DNA of 63,837 nt, counting the filler, from Vannella sp. (Eukaryota), in NCBI GenBank assembly GCA_023345925.1. It is 8 parts of 8 records of this genome, joined end to end, with 100 filler letters (N's around TTAATTAATTAA, not from the genome) between each part and the next. Parts side by side here need not be neighbours in the genome. Positions count along the whole stretch, not along the records: positions 43,670 to 51,282 come from JAJQQN010000254.1; positions 51,383 to 58,425 come from JAJQQN010000483.1; 6 more parts are not named here. One strand, 5' to 3'. The notes below the pieces were generated by a model. The model searched no databases and was not told the DNA's origin. It saw only the letters and a program-made list of their open reading frames with translations. Positions 45,128 to 56,151 of this stretch are shown here, one piece after another; the stretch's first letter is position 1, and each line of letters begins with the position of its first letter. Made by a program: the position numbers and the translations under genes.

Positions 45128-45820
45128 TTAGGAGTCTTGAATCCAGTTCACGTGAGGCCATAATTCATGTGCAAGCGCCTTGTTGTCCATGAAACGGGCG
45201 AGAAAGTCGTAGTCTTCAATCCTTGGTTCGTCATCCTGATGCCCAAAGTTGCCATGATTGGGTGAGGATGAGCTTGGTGATGTCCAGTTGCTGAGAGGAT
45301 GGGGAACGTTCGTATCACTGGGGATCCACTCGTTGGTAGCTTCCAAGGGGGGGAAAGATGGAAGAACGGCAGCCTCGTGAGAGAGTGGACTATATGATGT
45401 ACTCGTAGAGGTTCGGAACAGATCAGACGAGCCAATCTCCAACCAAACCACGTACATCGGGTTGGTCATCAGTTCGTGTGTGCTGGGAGATGCTCCAATG
45501 GAGGCGGTGATCTTGAACAACCACAGCTTTCCAAGTGGTGGAGGGGGATCTTTGGGATGCTTCCTCCTGAGGATGAGCTTGGAGATGGTGACATTCAACT
45601 TAAACGCCGAAAGGAAGGCGTCCTGTCGGCCTTTAGCTTGGTTCCATCTCCAACAAGGAGGAGAAGGTATGTTACGACAGAAAAGGGAACCAGCAACTCG
45701 TCGAAGGTCGTTTGAGGACAACTCTTCAAAGTTGTAGACGCGAGGATCATGGAGGAGGTTTCCTAGTCGCTCATTGAGGAATCGGGAAGCTCTTACAAAC
45801 TCAGGGGAGATGGGTGTCAT
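45128..45820 (-). CDS. Hypothetical protein (230 aa)
   Basis: ATG-initiated ORF with a Trp/basic globular N-terminal half (WRWNQAKGR..KL..R..KLWLF..VWLEIG) and an S/P-rich tail. Family not identified. Confidence 0.6.
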   Translation of the reverse strand: MTPISPEFVRASRFLNERLGNLLHDPRVYNFEELSSNDLRRVAGSLFCRNIPSPPCWRWNQAKGRQDAFLSAFKLNVTISKLILRRKHPKDPPPPLGKLWLFKITASIGASPSTHELMTNPMYVVWLEIGSSDLFRTSTSTSYSPLSHEAAVLPSFPPLEATNEWIPSDTNVPHPLSNWTSPSSSSPNHGNFGHQDDEPRIEDYDFLARFMDNKALAHELWPHVNWIQDS

Positions 45821-46162
45821 AAGAAATGATGATCATCGTAGCAGCAAGAAGGTTGGTCCAACGTTGGAGGGGGTTGTGGGAGTCAAGGCGCATCGTTGGG
45901 TCGATCGCAAGATGGTTTTCAGATCAATCGACGATGGCCGATCTCCGATTCGTTGAGGTTTTCCCGTTCAGTGAGCATTTTAGCACATAAGATTTCAGTT
46001 GGAGTATACACGCTATTGAATAGATCCACGAAGCGGCTGGTATGAAATTGAGTGTTGTATCAAAATTCTCCGTTCTCTGAATGAGAATTTTGATTGGGCT
46101 GCGGCTTAAGAAGAGAAAAGCGCTTTGATCAACCTGTTTCTTGTTCCTCTCCTGCCGAACTC

Positions 46163-46756
46163 ATGAAGATCTTCAAGGATGCATTCACTGGTACGTGATC
46201 TCAACAAGATCGATCAATGATCTAATGCAACCATCCAGGTGATGAGCTCTTCTCTGACGCTCTCCCCCACAAGTTGGTCGATGGTGTTGTGTGGCAGGTC
46301 GAAGGCAAATATGTCTCCGAGAACGATGACGTAGGCATCCCCGCCAACGAAGAGGAGGGAGCTGGAACCACTGATGACACCGTCCGCACCGTCATCAACG
46401 TCGTCTCTGCTCACAAGTTGCAATCCACCACGATCACCAAGAAGCAGTACCAAGTTTGGTTGAAGGACTACATGAAGAAGGTCCTCGAGAGACTCAAGAC
46501 CGAGAACCCCGACCGTGTTGCTGATTTCCAAAAGGGAGCCCAAGCTCACGCCAAGAAGATCCTCACCAGCTTCTCCGACTACGACTTCTACATGGGAGAG
46601 GGCGTAAGGAACTTACTCTTACCTATATGATCGTCTTTCTCACCAAACCTGCAGATGGGAGAGGAAGGCCAACTCATCATCATGGGATACGGAGAGGACG
46701 GCATGAGCCCCACTTTCTTCTTCTGGAGTGATGGCCTCGTTGAGGAGAAGTACTAA
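46163..46756 (+). CDS. TPT1: Translationally controlled tumour protein (TCTP)
   Basis: MKIFKDAFTG|DELFSD, WQVEGK, KDYMKKV, YDFYMGE, PTFFFWSDGLVEEKY. Two introns. Confidence 0.95.
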
Positions 46757-46827
46757 GAAGTGCCTCCTATCTTTGTGCTATACTACTCTTCGGAGATAAA
46801 CCTTTTTGGAAAGAACTCTGTTTGTTA

Positions 46828-47401
46828 TTAGACGAAGGCCCCTTTCATCACTTGGTCTTTCGTGAGACACTTTTCCTCGCGTAAGGCTGCCATGATGTAG
46901 AAGGTACCCGCTAGACTGGTGGGGACAGCCCCCAGAATAGTGGGAAGAGCAAAGTAGGCTGGTAAGGACGCTCTTCAGACATGTCAGCACGCAAACAACT
47001 CGTATTTGGCAAGGCTCTCACAGAAGTAAGGCAGGTCCAACAGCTTTGTAATGCTGGAAGAGATGAATGAAGCCCTTCTTCTGCAACGAGGCGAACGGGT
47101 AGGTCATGGGGAAGACGAATGCTCCCACCGCTCTGAGGGCGATCAGTAACACTCTCAGATGGACACTGGGCTCACATGGAGTAAAGCCCCACAAGAACTT
47201 GGAAAGGGAAGCCATAGAAGAGGCTCAGAATGCCCCCCGCCACAAGAACTGGCCCCTCAAGATCAGTCGTCGCCCTCCATCGCCCTCGAGGAGCTAGCAC
47301 TAACGTTGAGCTCCTGCCAATGCCATTGTCCGACCCCAGTGGTTCCACTGAATGATGAACTTGGGCTTGTAGAACTTTAGATTCTCGATGAGAGCTTGCA
47401 T
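46828..47401 (-). CDS. CYBA: Cytochrome b-245 light chain / p22phox (NADPH oxidase subunit), 141 aa, 4 exons
   Basis: Exons 47401-47305, 47248-47176, 47132-47022 and 46972-46828 give IQWNHWGRTMALAGAQLLVAGGIL..GLYSIAVG.FVF..TYP...LLASLPAYFALPTILG..LAGTFYIMAALREE, which aligns with p22phox (IEWAMWA..ALASG..GAYSI..YP..LSVPAGFLLATILG..IYLLAAVRGE). Confidence 0.87.
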
Positions 47402-47445
47402 CAGCCGCTGCCACAAGGAAGAGCCCACAAATGAATGAATTCGGG

Positions 47446-50400
47446 TTATCCATCACTTTCGGGTGAAAGCTGGCTGAATAAGGACCAGTAAGCAGATTGG
47501 TCTTCCTGGGAAGGGGCCACATCAATGTCTTGGGAGGATTTGGGGATGTCCGGTGTTGGTGCGAGGGTTTCGGATGTTTCTTGGCTAGATGATGGGCCAG
47601 GTGTGTTTGCTGTCCAAGGCATCTGTGCAGAGAGGCCCCTTCTGAGGCTTGAACTTAGAGCGGGAGATCCTCGAACGGCATGGAATGCACTTTCGACTCT
47701 TCTTCCTTCCTGCCTCGAGGGGGACAAGGATTCTAAGGGGGTTCGAAGTGCAATCGGTCTTTGGTGTAGCTGTTCCAACTCCTTGGGTGCAAGAACGTTC
47801 CAGTCCCGCTTCAACCGATGTAAATTGATTTCGTGATCTGACTTGAAGAGGAGAGTGTGGGCAGGGATCTTCTCCATCTTCCTTGAGCGGTATCGTATCC
47901 TACCTGAGTCTATCGTTGAAGGAAAGCTGGGAACATGGGACGAACTCGGCCGGTCAGAGTCCTGGTTGGCGAGAGAAGACACTTTTCGAAGTTGCTCTCG
48001 AGCGTAGGCTCCACTCATTCTCTCCTCCCAGACATCCTTCTTACACACCATAACACTCAAGTAGAAGATGTGAGTGCTTGGAAGAGACCCTGATTCTTGA
48101 CTTTTCCCAAAACTGTCGAAGAGGTTACTGTGAGTCTTCGAAGTGTCGACGTCAACGTTAAATAGTGGCCACATGAAGAATGTTGCAACCTTTGGAGTGG
48201 AGCGACGAGGCAGGGTGCGATGGCGATTGATATCTGCCAAGAGTTTCACGGAAAGAGGGTTTTTGCTGTAAAAGCTTTGGTCTCCCGAGAAGGTGAAGGA
48301 GATAAGTGGCTCAGAGAGAGCAGTAAGATACTCATAAACATGTTCCAGTTCAACATCAGGGATGTTATCACGTATCTTCCTCCACACATCGAACAAAGTC
48401 GAAGGCACTTCCAGAATCTTCTCCAGAAGAGACTCATTCTCAACAAGAAGATCAGCGATGTTATAGCTGTCCAATTGAGTGGAAGAAACGGTCTGAGAAG
48501 AGGCTGAAGGCTGACTATGGGAATGAGTCTCGACGAAAGAAGCATATTCGGGAGGCGTGAACCATCTTCGGGACCGTTCAGCAACTCCTGAAAGGATCCT
48601 AGTAGCATTATGTACACTAAAACTTTGCTTTGGCATCGCCTGCTCAGGTTTGGGAGTGTCTTGATGGTGTAAAGGATCAAACCAAAGCGGAGCGGGGATA
48701 TTTGAGAGAGATGGAGCATCCACAAAGTGGAAAGGCTCGGTAAATAGATCCCCTGAACTTGACAGCTGCAAGCTGATAAGCTCTTCATTTGGAAGAGTCG
48801 AAACGGGAAGGCATCCCTCTGATAGAGGACTAAAGATGTGGAGTCCAACCAGTTGACGACCGGAATGGAATCTCTCCGCTCCTAAAGTGGCAAAGGGAGT
48901 ATCTGAAGACTGTACTAATCCTGTGTATGCGGTTCTCGGAGTAATATGAAACGAAGGGAGACTGTAAGACAATTCCGGATGCGTTAATAACATATCAGTG
49001 TGCCAGGACTCCTCTGAAAGGTCGTAAGGATGCAAAACAATCTTCCCACTAAAAGTCCAAGTCGCCAGAAAGCGCTTTCCAGAGGATTGATTCCAAAACT
49101 GGAGGTTGTTACTGGGATCTTGGGGTGTCAGATGACTCCATTCTCTCTAGAGAACCAGGTTAATCCTTTTGCATGGTCCAACAAGGAATAGATGATGCCT
49201 ACCAGTGGGCGAGAGGCATGCCGCTCGTCAAATAGGAGGACAGTGGAGTCTGTGTTCACTGCAAAGTGGAACGGATGATCTATGTCATACTCGAGACCAA
49301 TAATCTCTTCGCTGAGCCCACGAGGAAGACGAAGAGTATGCAACGGACGTTGGATTGTAGCGCGTTCCTGCCATCTGATGGATTAGAACCCTGAAGCGGC
49401 ACCAAGGTGAGATAGTTACCCGAAAGTCGAAAGAGAAGATGGAGGCGTTCTCGGTAGTGATGGCAGTACTCCTTTGGGAGGAGAATCGTCCCCGACATAT
49501 CACAGAAAGTGGGATTGCCTCTGTTATGGAGTTATTTCCTAAGCGTACATCGAGAGCTGGGTGCCGAACTACTGTTTGTAAAGGAATCCTACGTTTGAAT
49601 AGAACTCTTATGGAGTCTCCAGTCCACAAGAGGAGGTCACCAACTTCATCCCAAAGTAAAACGTGTCCGGAATACCGTCCCACGTCAATGTCCACCAATT
49701 TGTGCGGAAGTTTGAGGCATTCATGAACTTCCATGGTATAGGTACCAGTTGTACAAACTGATACATCGACAATCAAGCAGTGAAACAAGAAACGGATAGC
49801 AATTCGCTGAGTCTCTTTCCGAATCACTGAATGTTGAAGGCGAATCTGTTGAATATCTCCAGGGATGTTGGACATGGAAGGGACACTGGCCACTTCCTGG
49901 AGATTATGTTGGCCTTTTGACCATCGACAGAGCTTCACGCTATCCATCATCCTCCCTCCCGCCAGAACCAACAGACGCTCTCCATCTGAATCGACATAAG
50001 ACGCTAAGCAAGATCCTTTTGGTACTACCACAGGAGGTAGAGGTTGTTCGAATAGATTCTGAGTGAGGAATGGTCTCTGAACAGACACTGCCTCCTCATC
50101 AAGGACCAAATCAGGGAGGCGAATGTCTTCATCCAAGATTAGAGCTGGTTCAAGCCTGGGTCTCTTAGTAGGTGGTGTGTAAGAGAACTGGTACTCTTCT
50201 AGAGCATTTCTAGAGAGAGATGCCTGATCATGTTGCTCTGCGGAGCGATCAGGAGTTTGAAAGACCTCCTGAAGGATGCCGGGGTGGATCTTCTGCAGAG
50301 ATTGATCCCACAGTCGTTCAATCATGCCTCTTTGACACACTTCAGGGGCAACACTTGGATGGAAGGAGCCTTTGGTAGAGCTGTTCAACAGAGACTCGCT

Positions 50401-50717
50401 AACCAACCCGTGCAACAAAGGCAACGGGATGTGAGAGCCACTAGTCTCCCCGTACTCTCTTGTGTACTCTTCTACTTGCCTCTTGCACTCAGCTTCAAAT
50501 GCCTTCTGGCTCAAGTAACTCCTCTCGGAGAGATCCTCCGTGAAGAAGGGATGCGCGTTCTCGTTGGAGAAGATCTTCCTCAGAGATCCTGCGCTTCTCA
50601 AAGTTACCCTTCTCTCATCTGATTGCGACTTTACCCCAACTTCGTTCGTGAGTTCAGCGTTCCGTTAACCCCGGTTGGTGTACCTCTAAAGCCGCCAATC
50701 ATGCAAATGTCGATCAT
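47446..50717 (-). CDS. Large beta-propeller-containing protein, tentatively TAF1C/Rrn6-like (RNA polymerase I core factor)
   Basis: Four ORF pieces joinable by short introns. VLLFDERHASRPL|REWSHL and LQLSSSGDLF resemble TAF1C LVDER.PL.PML.W.H and FQLSAAGDVF. 5' end uncertain. Confidence 0.55.
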
Positions 50718-50805
50718 TTTGGAGGGTGGTGCTCTGATCTACCTTCTCACCCAGGCAAACAAGCAGGCTACGAGTTCAAGGATATTGCTTTATAACCATA
50801 CGCCA

Positions 50806-51180
50806 TTACTTGCGTTCGTTGACGGTCAAAGCTACAAGTTTCGATGAGTACCGAATGATCAGGAGAAAAGGGAGGGCTTACAGGGAGGAAGGGACTTTCT
50901 GAGTTTCTCCACCTTCTCGGCATCCTTGACGGACATGGTGTAGAGGTATCGGCTGCAGCGAACCTTGAACTTGGTCTTGTCGCCAGTCTTCTTGATGGTG
51001 ACCGCTACGCAAATACTCCAATTAGCCCCCTGTTCCTGATCCCCTTGTTCTCCTTCGACACTTACACTTCGCGTCCTTGCGGCGGGTTGTCTGGAGGAAC
51101 TCCTTGAGGGCTTTGATTTCCTTTGGCTAGCAAGCGGAGTTAGATTGAGCCAGCAACCCGGTAGAGCAAGCACCAACCAT
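50806..51180 (-). CDS. RPL38: 60S ribosomal protein L38 (eL38)
   Basis: [46 protein letters not shown]. Three introns. Confidence 0.96.
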
Positions 51181-51282
51181 GATACGCTCTCCAACAAGGG
51201 GCGAGAAAAAGGACAAGGAGGAGAGAACCAACGAAAGTTGCCCGCTTTCTGACGAAAATTTTTGGAGACCCTTTTTTTCTCC

Positions 51283-51382
51283 NNNNNNNNNNNNNNNNNN
51301 NNNNNNNNNNNNNNNNNNNNNNNNNNTTAATTAATTAANNNNNNNNNNNNNNNNNNNNNNNNNNNNNNNNNNNNNNNNNNNN
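51283..51382. other. Artificial contig-joining spacer
   Basis: N44-TTAATTAATTAA-N44. Confidence 0.98.
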
Positions 51383-52079
51383 TGTTGTTTCCAAAAGCCA
51401 AAAGGCCCCCTTCAAGAGAGAGGAGGAGCGTGTGGTCACCAGAGGGCATCAGAAAGAATAAAATGGAGACCCGATGGTTTTGCCGCGCATTCAGTTTTGC
51501 AGGTGTGGCTCAGTCGCCCTCATTCGGGTCCGAGAGAGTTCACGGCCGCACTAAACCACGTCCGCTGGCCCTGGTTGAAAAGTGCCTCTAAAATCGATCG
51601 GGACCTTTACCAATCGACTTTTAATGTGTTTTTGTCGGGGCACTTTTTGGGCTCATTTGACCATCCCTCCAAACGAGGGAAAAGTAGCCCTCTTAAAAAC
51701 ATATAAAAACATCATTTGGATCCGTGGCAGTCGAATTTAGAAGCACTTTCAAAGGAGGCCAGCGGACGTGGTTCAGTGGGGCCGTGAACTCAAGGCATGT
51801 TCCAAACCGTGAGTTTTGTTTGGGCCACATTTTGGCCAATGGAATCAGCTGGAAGTTGGATTGGCTCAAAATTTACCTCAAAACATCCGCGACAATCGGG
51901 TTTGATAAAGATTGAACCAAAAAAGTCAATGTGACCAAAAGTAATTCCCCATTCTTCGAAGCATTCATGAATGATGAAACGAATGAAGGAATGGAATGGA
52001 ACCGAATGGTGTTGAGGAATGAATTGGTGAGGTCTTGAAGAGTGGAAAGCTCGTGGAATCATTCCTTCCTCCCTCCGCG

Positions 52080-55000
52080 ATGGGCAACAACTCCACCAAA
52101 CCTGTGGGAACCACCTTGGCCGCAAAGGATCTTCAGGTGCTTCGTGAGAAGATCATCAAAGAGTATCCTTGGCTTCAAGACGTTGAGGAAAGCATGCTGA
52201 TCACCGACATGCGATTACCAGACTGCCCCATCATCTTCGCCAACAACGACTTTCAAGAGATGACTCAATACTCCCATGAGGAAGTGATCGGCTTCAATTG
52301 CCGTTTCCTGCAAGGCAAGCACACCAATCCCAAGACCGTGGACAAGATCAGAGAGGCTGTCACTGCTGGCAAGGAGATTGAAGTGGAGATCCTCAACTAT
52401 CGTAAGGATGGAACTCCGTTCTTGAATAGCTTTCTCATGGTCCCTGTTCACACCAAGAAGGGACGTCCTATGCTGGTGACACACTTCCTGGCCGTTCAAA
52501 AGGACGTCACCTATCTCCTCGAGGACGACGACCCCACAGAGTGGCACTCAGCTCAGATTGCCTTGTGGCTTGAACGCACTGGCTATGGCGAGTATGCTGG
52601 ACCGTTCATTGAGCACGAGATCTCCGGTCGTCAGTTACTACAGATGAACCCAGCAAGGCTCCGGAAGATTGGCATTGTCGACCGCGGGGTGCAAGTTCGC
52701 CTCGTCCGGCTCATTCAGTTGCTTGCTTCACAAGGTCCCTCTTTCATTCCTTCTTCTCTCAAGAGTATTCCAACGTCAATAACCAGCTACGATTACCAGG
52801 CGAGCGAGAGTTACCAATCTTCGAGAGGAGAGACTCTCTTGACGATTGACACGCAAACATCGGACGACCAAAGAAGTTACGACTCTCATGGCGTCAAATC
52901 TGGACCAGTTGACTTGCACCAGCCAGGGCAAGCTGCTTACTGGAGGAGGAAGAAGGCTTCTCAAGAGAACCAGGAATCCTCTTCTCCACAGACAGAGGTC
53001 CCAGCAGAGCCTGTGAAAGCCTCCAACATTCAATTCCGCCTTCAGGTCTTTGATGAGAGGAGCCAAAAGCTTCTTGGAGAGCCTCAGCAGCTTGTTATCT
53101 GTGGGAACTCTCTTTTGTACCACGTCAAGCAGGCTATCAGATCGCACATGTCGATAGAAGGGGCGATTTACCTCCTGATTCTTGTAGAAGACTCTTGGCT
53201 GCGAGTCACTTCACAACGTAACTTTCGGAAGTTCTTAAAGCAAGGTAAGAGAACAAGAAGCGTCCGAAAATTAGTATTAACCAAGAGGAATAGCTCTCTG
53301 CAAGAAGGATGAGGTAGACGTCCGCGTTTGTGAGATACTGGAAGAGGTGGTAGACACTGCAGGACCTTCTACTTTAGAAGATGCCGAGTTTCTGGATGGT
53401 GGCGACCTTGGAGATCTGAATGTGGAGTTCTCTTTCATCATCCCGCAAGAGAATTACGGAAATCGAGCGATTCTATTCGACTCCCTTGTCAGTCGAGGAA
53501 CATCCAAGAGCTACCTCCATTCCACCCCGAACATTTGGGAGGGCCTTGAAGAACACAACGACCAAGCAGGAAGATGCTTCGTCCTTCCTTGTACCTCTGG
53601 CGGGGACTTATTGGAGGACGCACAGTTTGATTTCAGAGATGAGTAAGTCTCTTTTGCTGTTCTGGTGAGAATGCTGACTTTTGTAGGTGCAACACTGTTC
53701 TAAAAGAGCATGTAGAGATCCATTACGGGGAGATTCCTGTTGGCACAGCTATTCTGACTCAAGCTGGTTCTGGGTACTTCCTCCTCTTAGTGATGTGCCG
53801 TGGTGATCTTCACCGAGCCAAGAGCAACAGTGACACTTTCTACATCTGCTTTCACTCGATGTTGAAGGTAATTGCCGATCATAATCGAATCAAGGAGAGC
53901 CAATCCAAGGAGATTCCAAAGTGTGACTTGAAGGAGTCCCTCATCACGCAAGTCCTCTTTCCCGTGTACTTTCCCAACTCGTCCGTCTCCACCAAAAGCA
54001 AGACGCCAGAAGCTCTCAAATTCGGACACCAAGTAGCCGTGGCCATATCATCTTTCAGCCAGTGGCTCTCCGCCACAAAAAAAGGGAACGCCGCCAACGC
54101 ATCAAAGACCCAGTGTCAATCTGGAAGCTCCATCGAGAAGAAGTTGAGAAAAGGAATCAAGAGCTTCTGCAAACGGAAGCAAACTCAGTTTACCCACTAT
54201 TTGGCTTCCGGTGATTTGGCAAACCGTGGACTGATGGACAAAGAAGAGATTGGATGGTTGGTTGAAGCATGCGCCTTTGAAGGAGACAAAAACTCTCCGT
54301 TCTCTCATAGTCGGCGCCTTCAACGGCTCAGTCATGTGACTCTGGCAGCTCTTCTATCAAACAAACACTTTCAGACCGGAGACCACTTCCAGCTTCAACT
54401 ACGGAATGCATTGGTAAGCAACAGATACTGCCTAGATTGGCTCGTCAAGGCAGCATCGAGTGGAGGAGTCTCTTTCTGCCCTATTGTGAGTTTAAGCGAC
54501 TTTGGAAAGTTGTCACGGTTGACTCGCGGCAGCACTTGCACGATCTATCGAGCCAACTGGAACGAAGAGGATGTGGTCATTAAGCTGTTTAACGAGGAGG
54601 AGAAGTCTGCGCACATTCGTCATGAAATAGCCTTGCTCAGTCTCCTTCGTCACTCTAATCTCTTGCCAGTGTATGCCTACGGCACATCCATGTATGAGAA
54701 TAGCCAGAGGATGTTCTGTATCAGTCCTTTGGCTGAGAGAGGGTCACTCTATCACGTCCTCCGGGACAAATCAGCAAAGTTCGACCAACAAAGGAGGATG
54801 GATGTCCTTCGACAGACAGCAGCTGGAGTGGAACACCTTCACTCCCTTAACCTGATCCACAGGGATCTTAAGTCTTTGAACATCCTCATCAGGGAGAACT
54901 GGAGCGTCTGGGTAGCCGACATCGGAGCCACTCGAGTGCAGACCGAATTGATGACAGTCAACGTCGGTACTCCCTTCTGGATGGCTCCTGAGGTGTTCAC

Positions 55001-55298
55001 ATCACAACAGTACACTCAAAAGGCGGACGTATACAGCTTCGGAATGCTCATCTACGAGGTGATAACGGGAAAGCAGCCTTTTGCCAAGATCTCTGCGTAC
55101 GAGATTCCTTCTCTCGTCTGCAAAGGACAACGTCCTCCTCTCCCTTCCAGCCTAGCGAAGCCCTGGCACAAGCTCATCACCTCCATGTGGTCCGACAAGC
55201 CGTCCAAGCGCCCGACCATGACCAAAGTGGCCTCCTTTCTTGCTGAATACGAGGACCTCCCTTTCATAGCCTCCTCTGATGTTCCATTGCCTCATTAA
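52080..55298 (+). CDS. LOV-SAM-(PB1-like)-degenerate macrodomain-TKL kinase, 1041 aa, 3 exons
   Basis: Exons 52080-53244, 53294-53642 and 53687-55298 join in frame (3126 nt). MGNNSTK myristoylation motif; LOV with GFNCRFLQG and NYRKDG; SAM (W....IALWL...GYGEY...F.EHEISG..LL); kinase VVIK, HRDLKSLNIL, DIG, GTPFWMAPE, DVYSFG. Confidence 0.88.
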
Positions 55299-55349
55299 AC
55301 CCCTTTCGTGCAGTTCTTGGAGAGAGAAAGAGCTTCATTATGGGACAGG

Positions 55350-55928
55350 TTAGATGAGGAGGCAGCCGCCCTTCTTCTTCTTTGGGGCAGTTGGTTGCAG
55401 TACAGTTCGAATGGCCTCGTCGAAGACACCTTTGAGACCTTTCTGTGTGAGAGCGGAGCATTCCAGATACTTTGTGGCGTTGATGTCCTTGGCTAGCTGG
55501 AGGCCTTGTTGGTGTTGAATGGGAGCTAGTTTGTTTGCTGCCAGGACTTCAATGGTGGGTATGTCCTCTCGCATGTCCAGTTTGGTTCCTACGACGAGAA
55601 TGGGAACTTCAGGGCAGTGGTGGTGGATCTCAGGGTACCACTTGGCCTTGACGTTCTCGAAAGAAGCAGGAGAGATGATGGAGAAGCATGCCAGGAAGAC
55701 GTCCGTCTGAGGGTAGGAAAGGGGGCGAAGGCGATCGTAATCCTCCTGCCCAGCGGTGTCCCAGAGGCCAAGGTTAATGGGTTTGTTATCAACCATGACG
55801 TTGGCAGAGTAGTTGTCGAATACAGTGGGGATGTAGTCACCAGGAAAGGCGTTTGTAGTGTAGGAAATCAGCAAGCAAGTCTTCCCGACCGCTCCATCAC
55901 CAACGACGACGCACTTGATAGCTTGCAT
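55350..55928 (-). CDS. RAC1: Rac1-type Rho family GTPase
   Basis: [52 protein letters not shown], polybasic KKKK and CLLI CAAX. Intronless. Confidence 0.97.
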   Translation of the reverse strand: MQAIKCVVVGDGAVGKTCLLISYTTNAFPGDYIPTVFDNYSANVMVDNKPINLGLWDTAGQEDYDRLRPLSYPQTDVFLACFSIISPASFENVKAKWYPEIHHHCPEVPILVVGTKLDMREDIPTIEVLAANKLAPIQHQQGLQLAKDINATKYLECSALTQKGLKGVFDEAIRTVLQPTAPKKKKGGCLLI

Positions 55929-56151
55929 GAAAGGAACTGTTAGATAATGAGTGCCCCTTTACTCATGTGTCTTATGTACCACGCTCGCTTCGCTTGCTCG
56001 ACCAGATTCTCAGAGGAGCTCAGGTTCAGCTCGCTTTGGGCATTCAAGGAATAAATCGGAATTGATTGGATCGCCCATTAGTGAAGTTGAGTTAGCCGCA
56101 AAACAAGGTGTTTTGTTTCGATGACCCAAAGAATTACTCATTTCAGATCGG

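Noticed and set aside
46828..55928. Apparent clustering of p22phox and Rac as an NADPH oxidase locus
   Set aside because: They lie on different contigs separated by an artificial spacer.
52080..55928. LOV kinase adjacent to Rac as a natural light-to-Rac module
   Set aside because: They are on one contig but convergent, and neighbours elsewhere in this window are functionally unrelated. Adjacency alone is not evidence.
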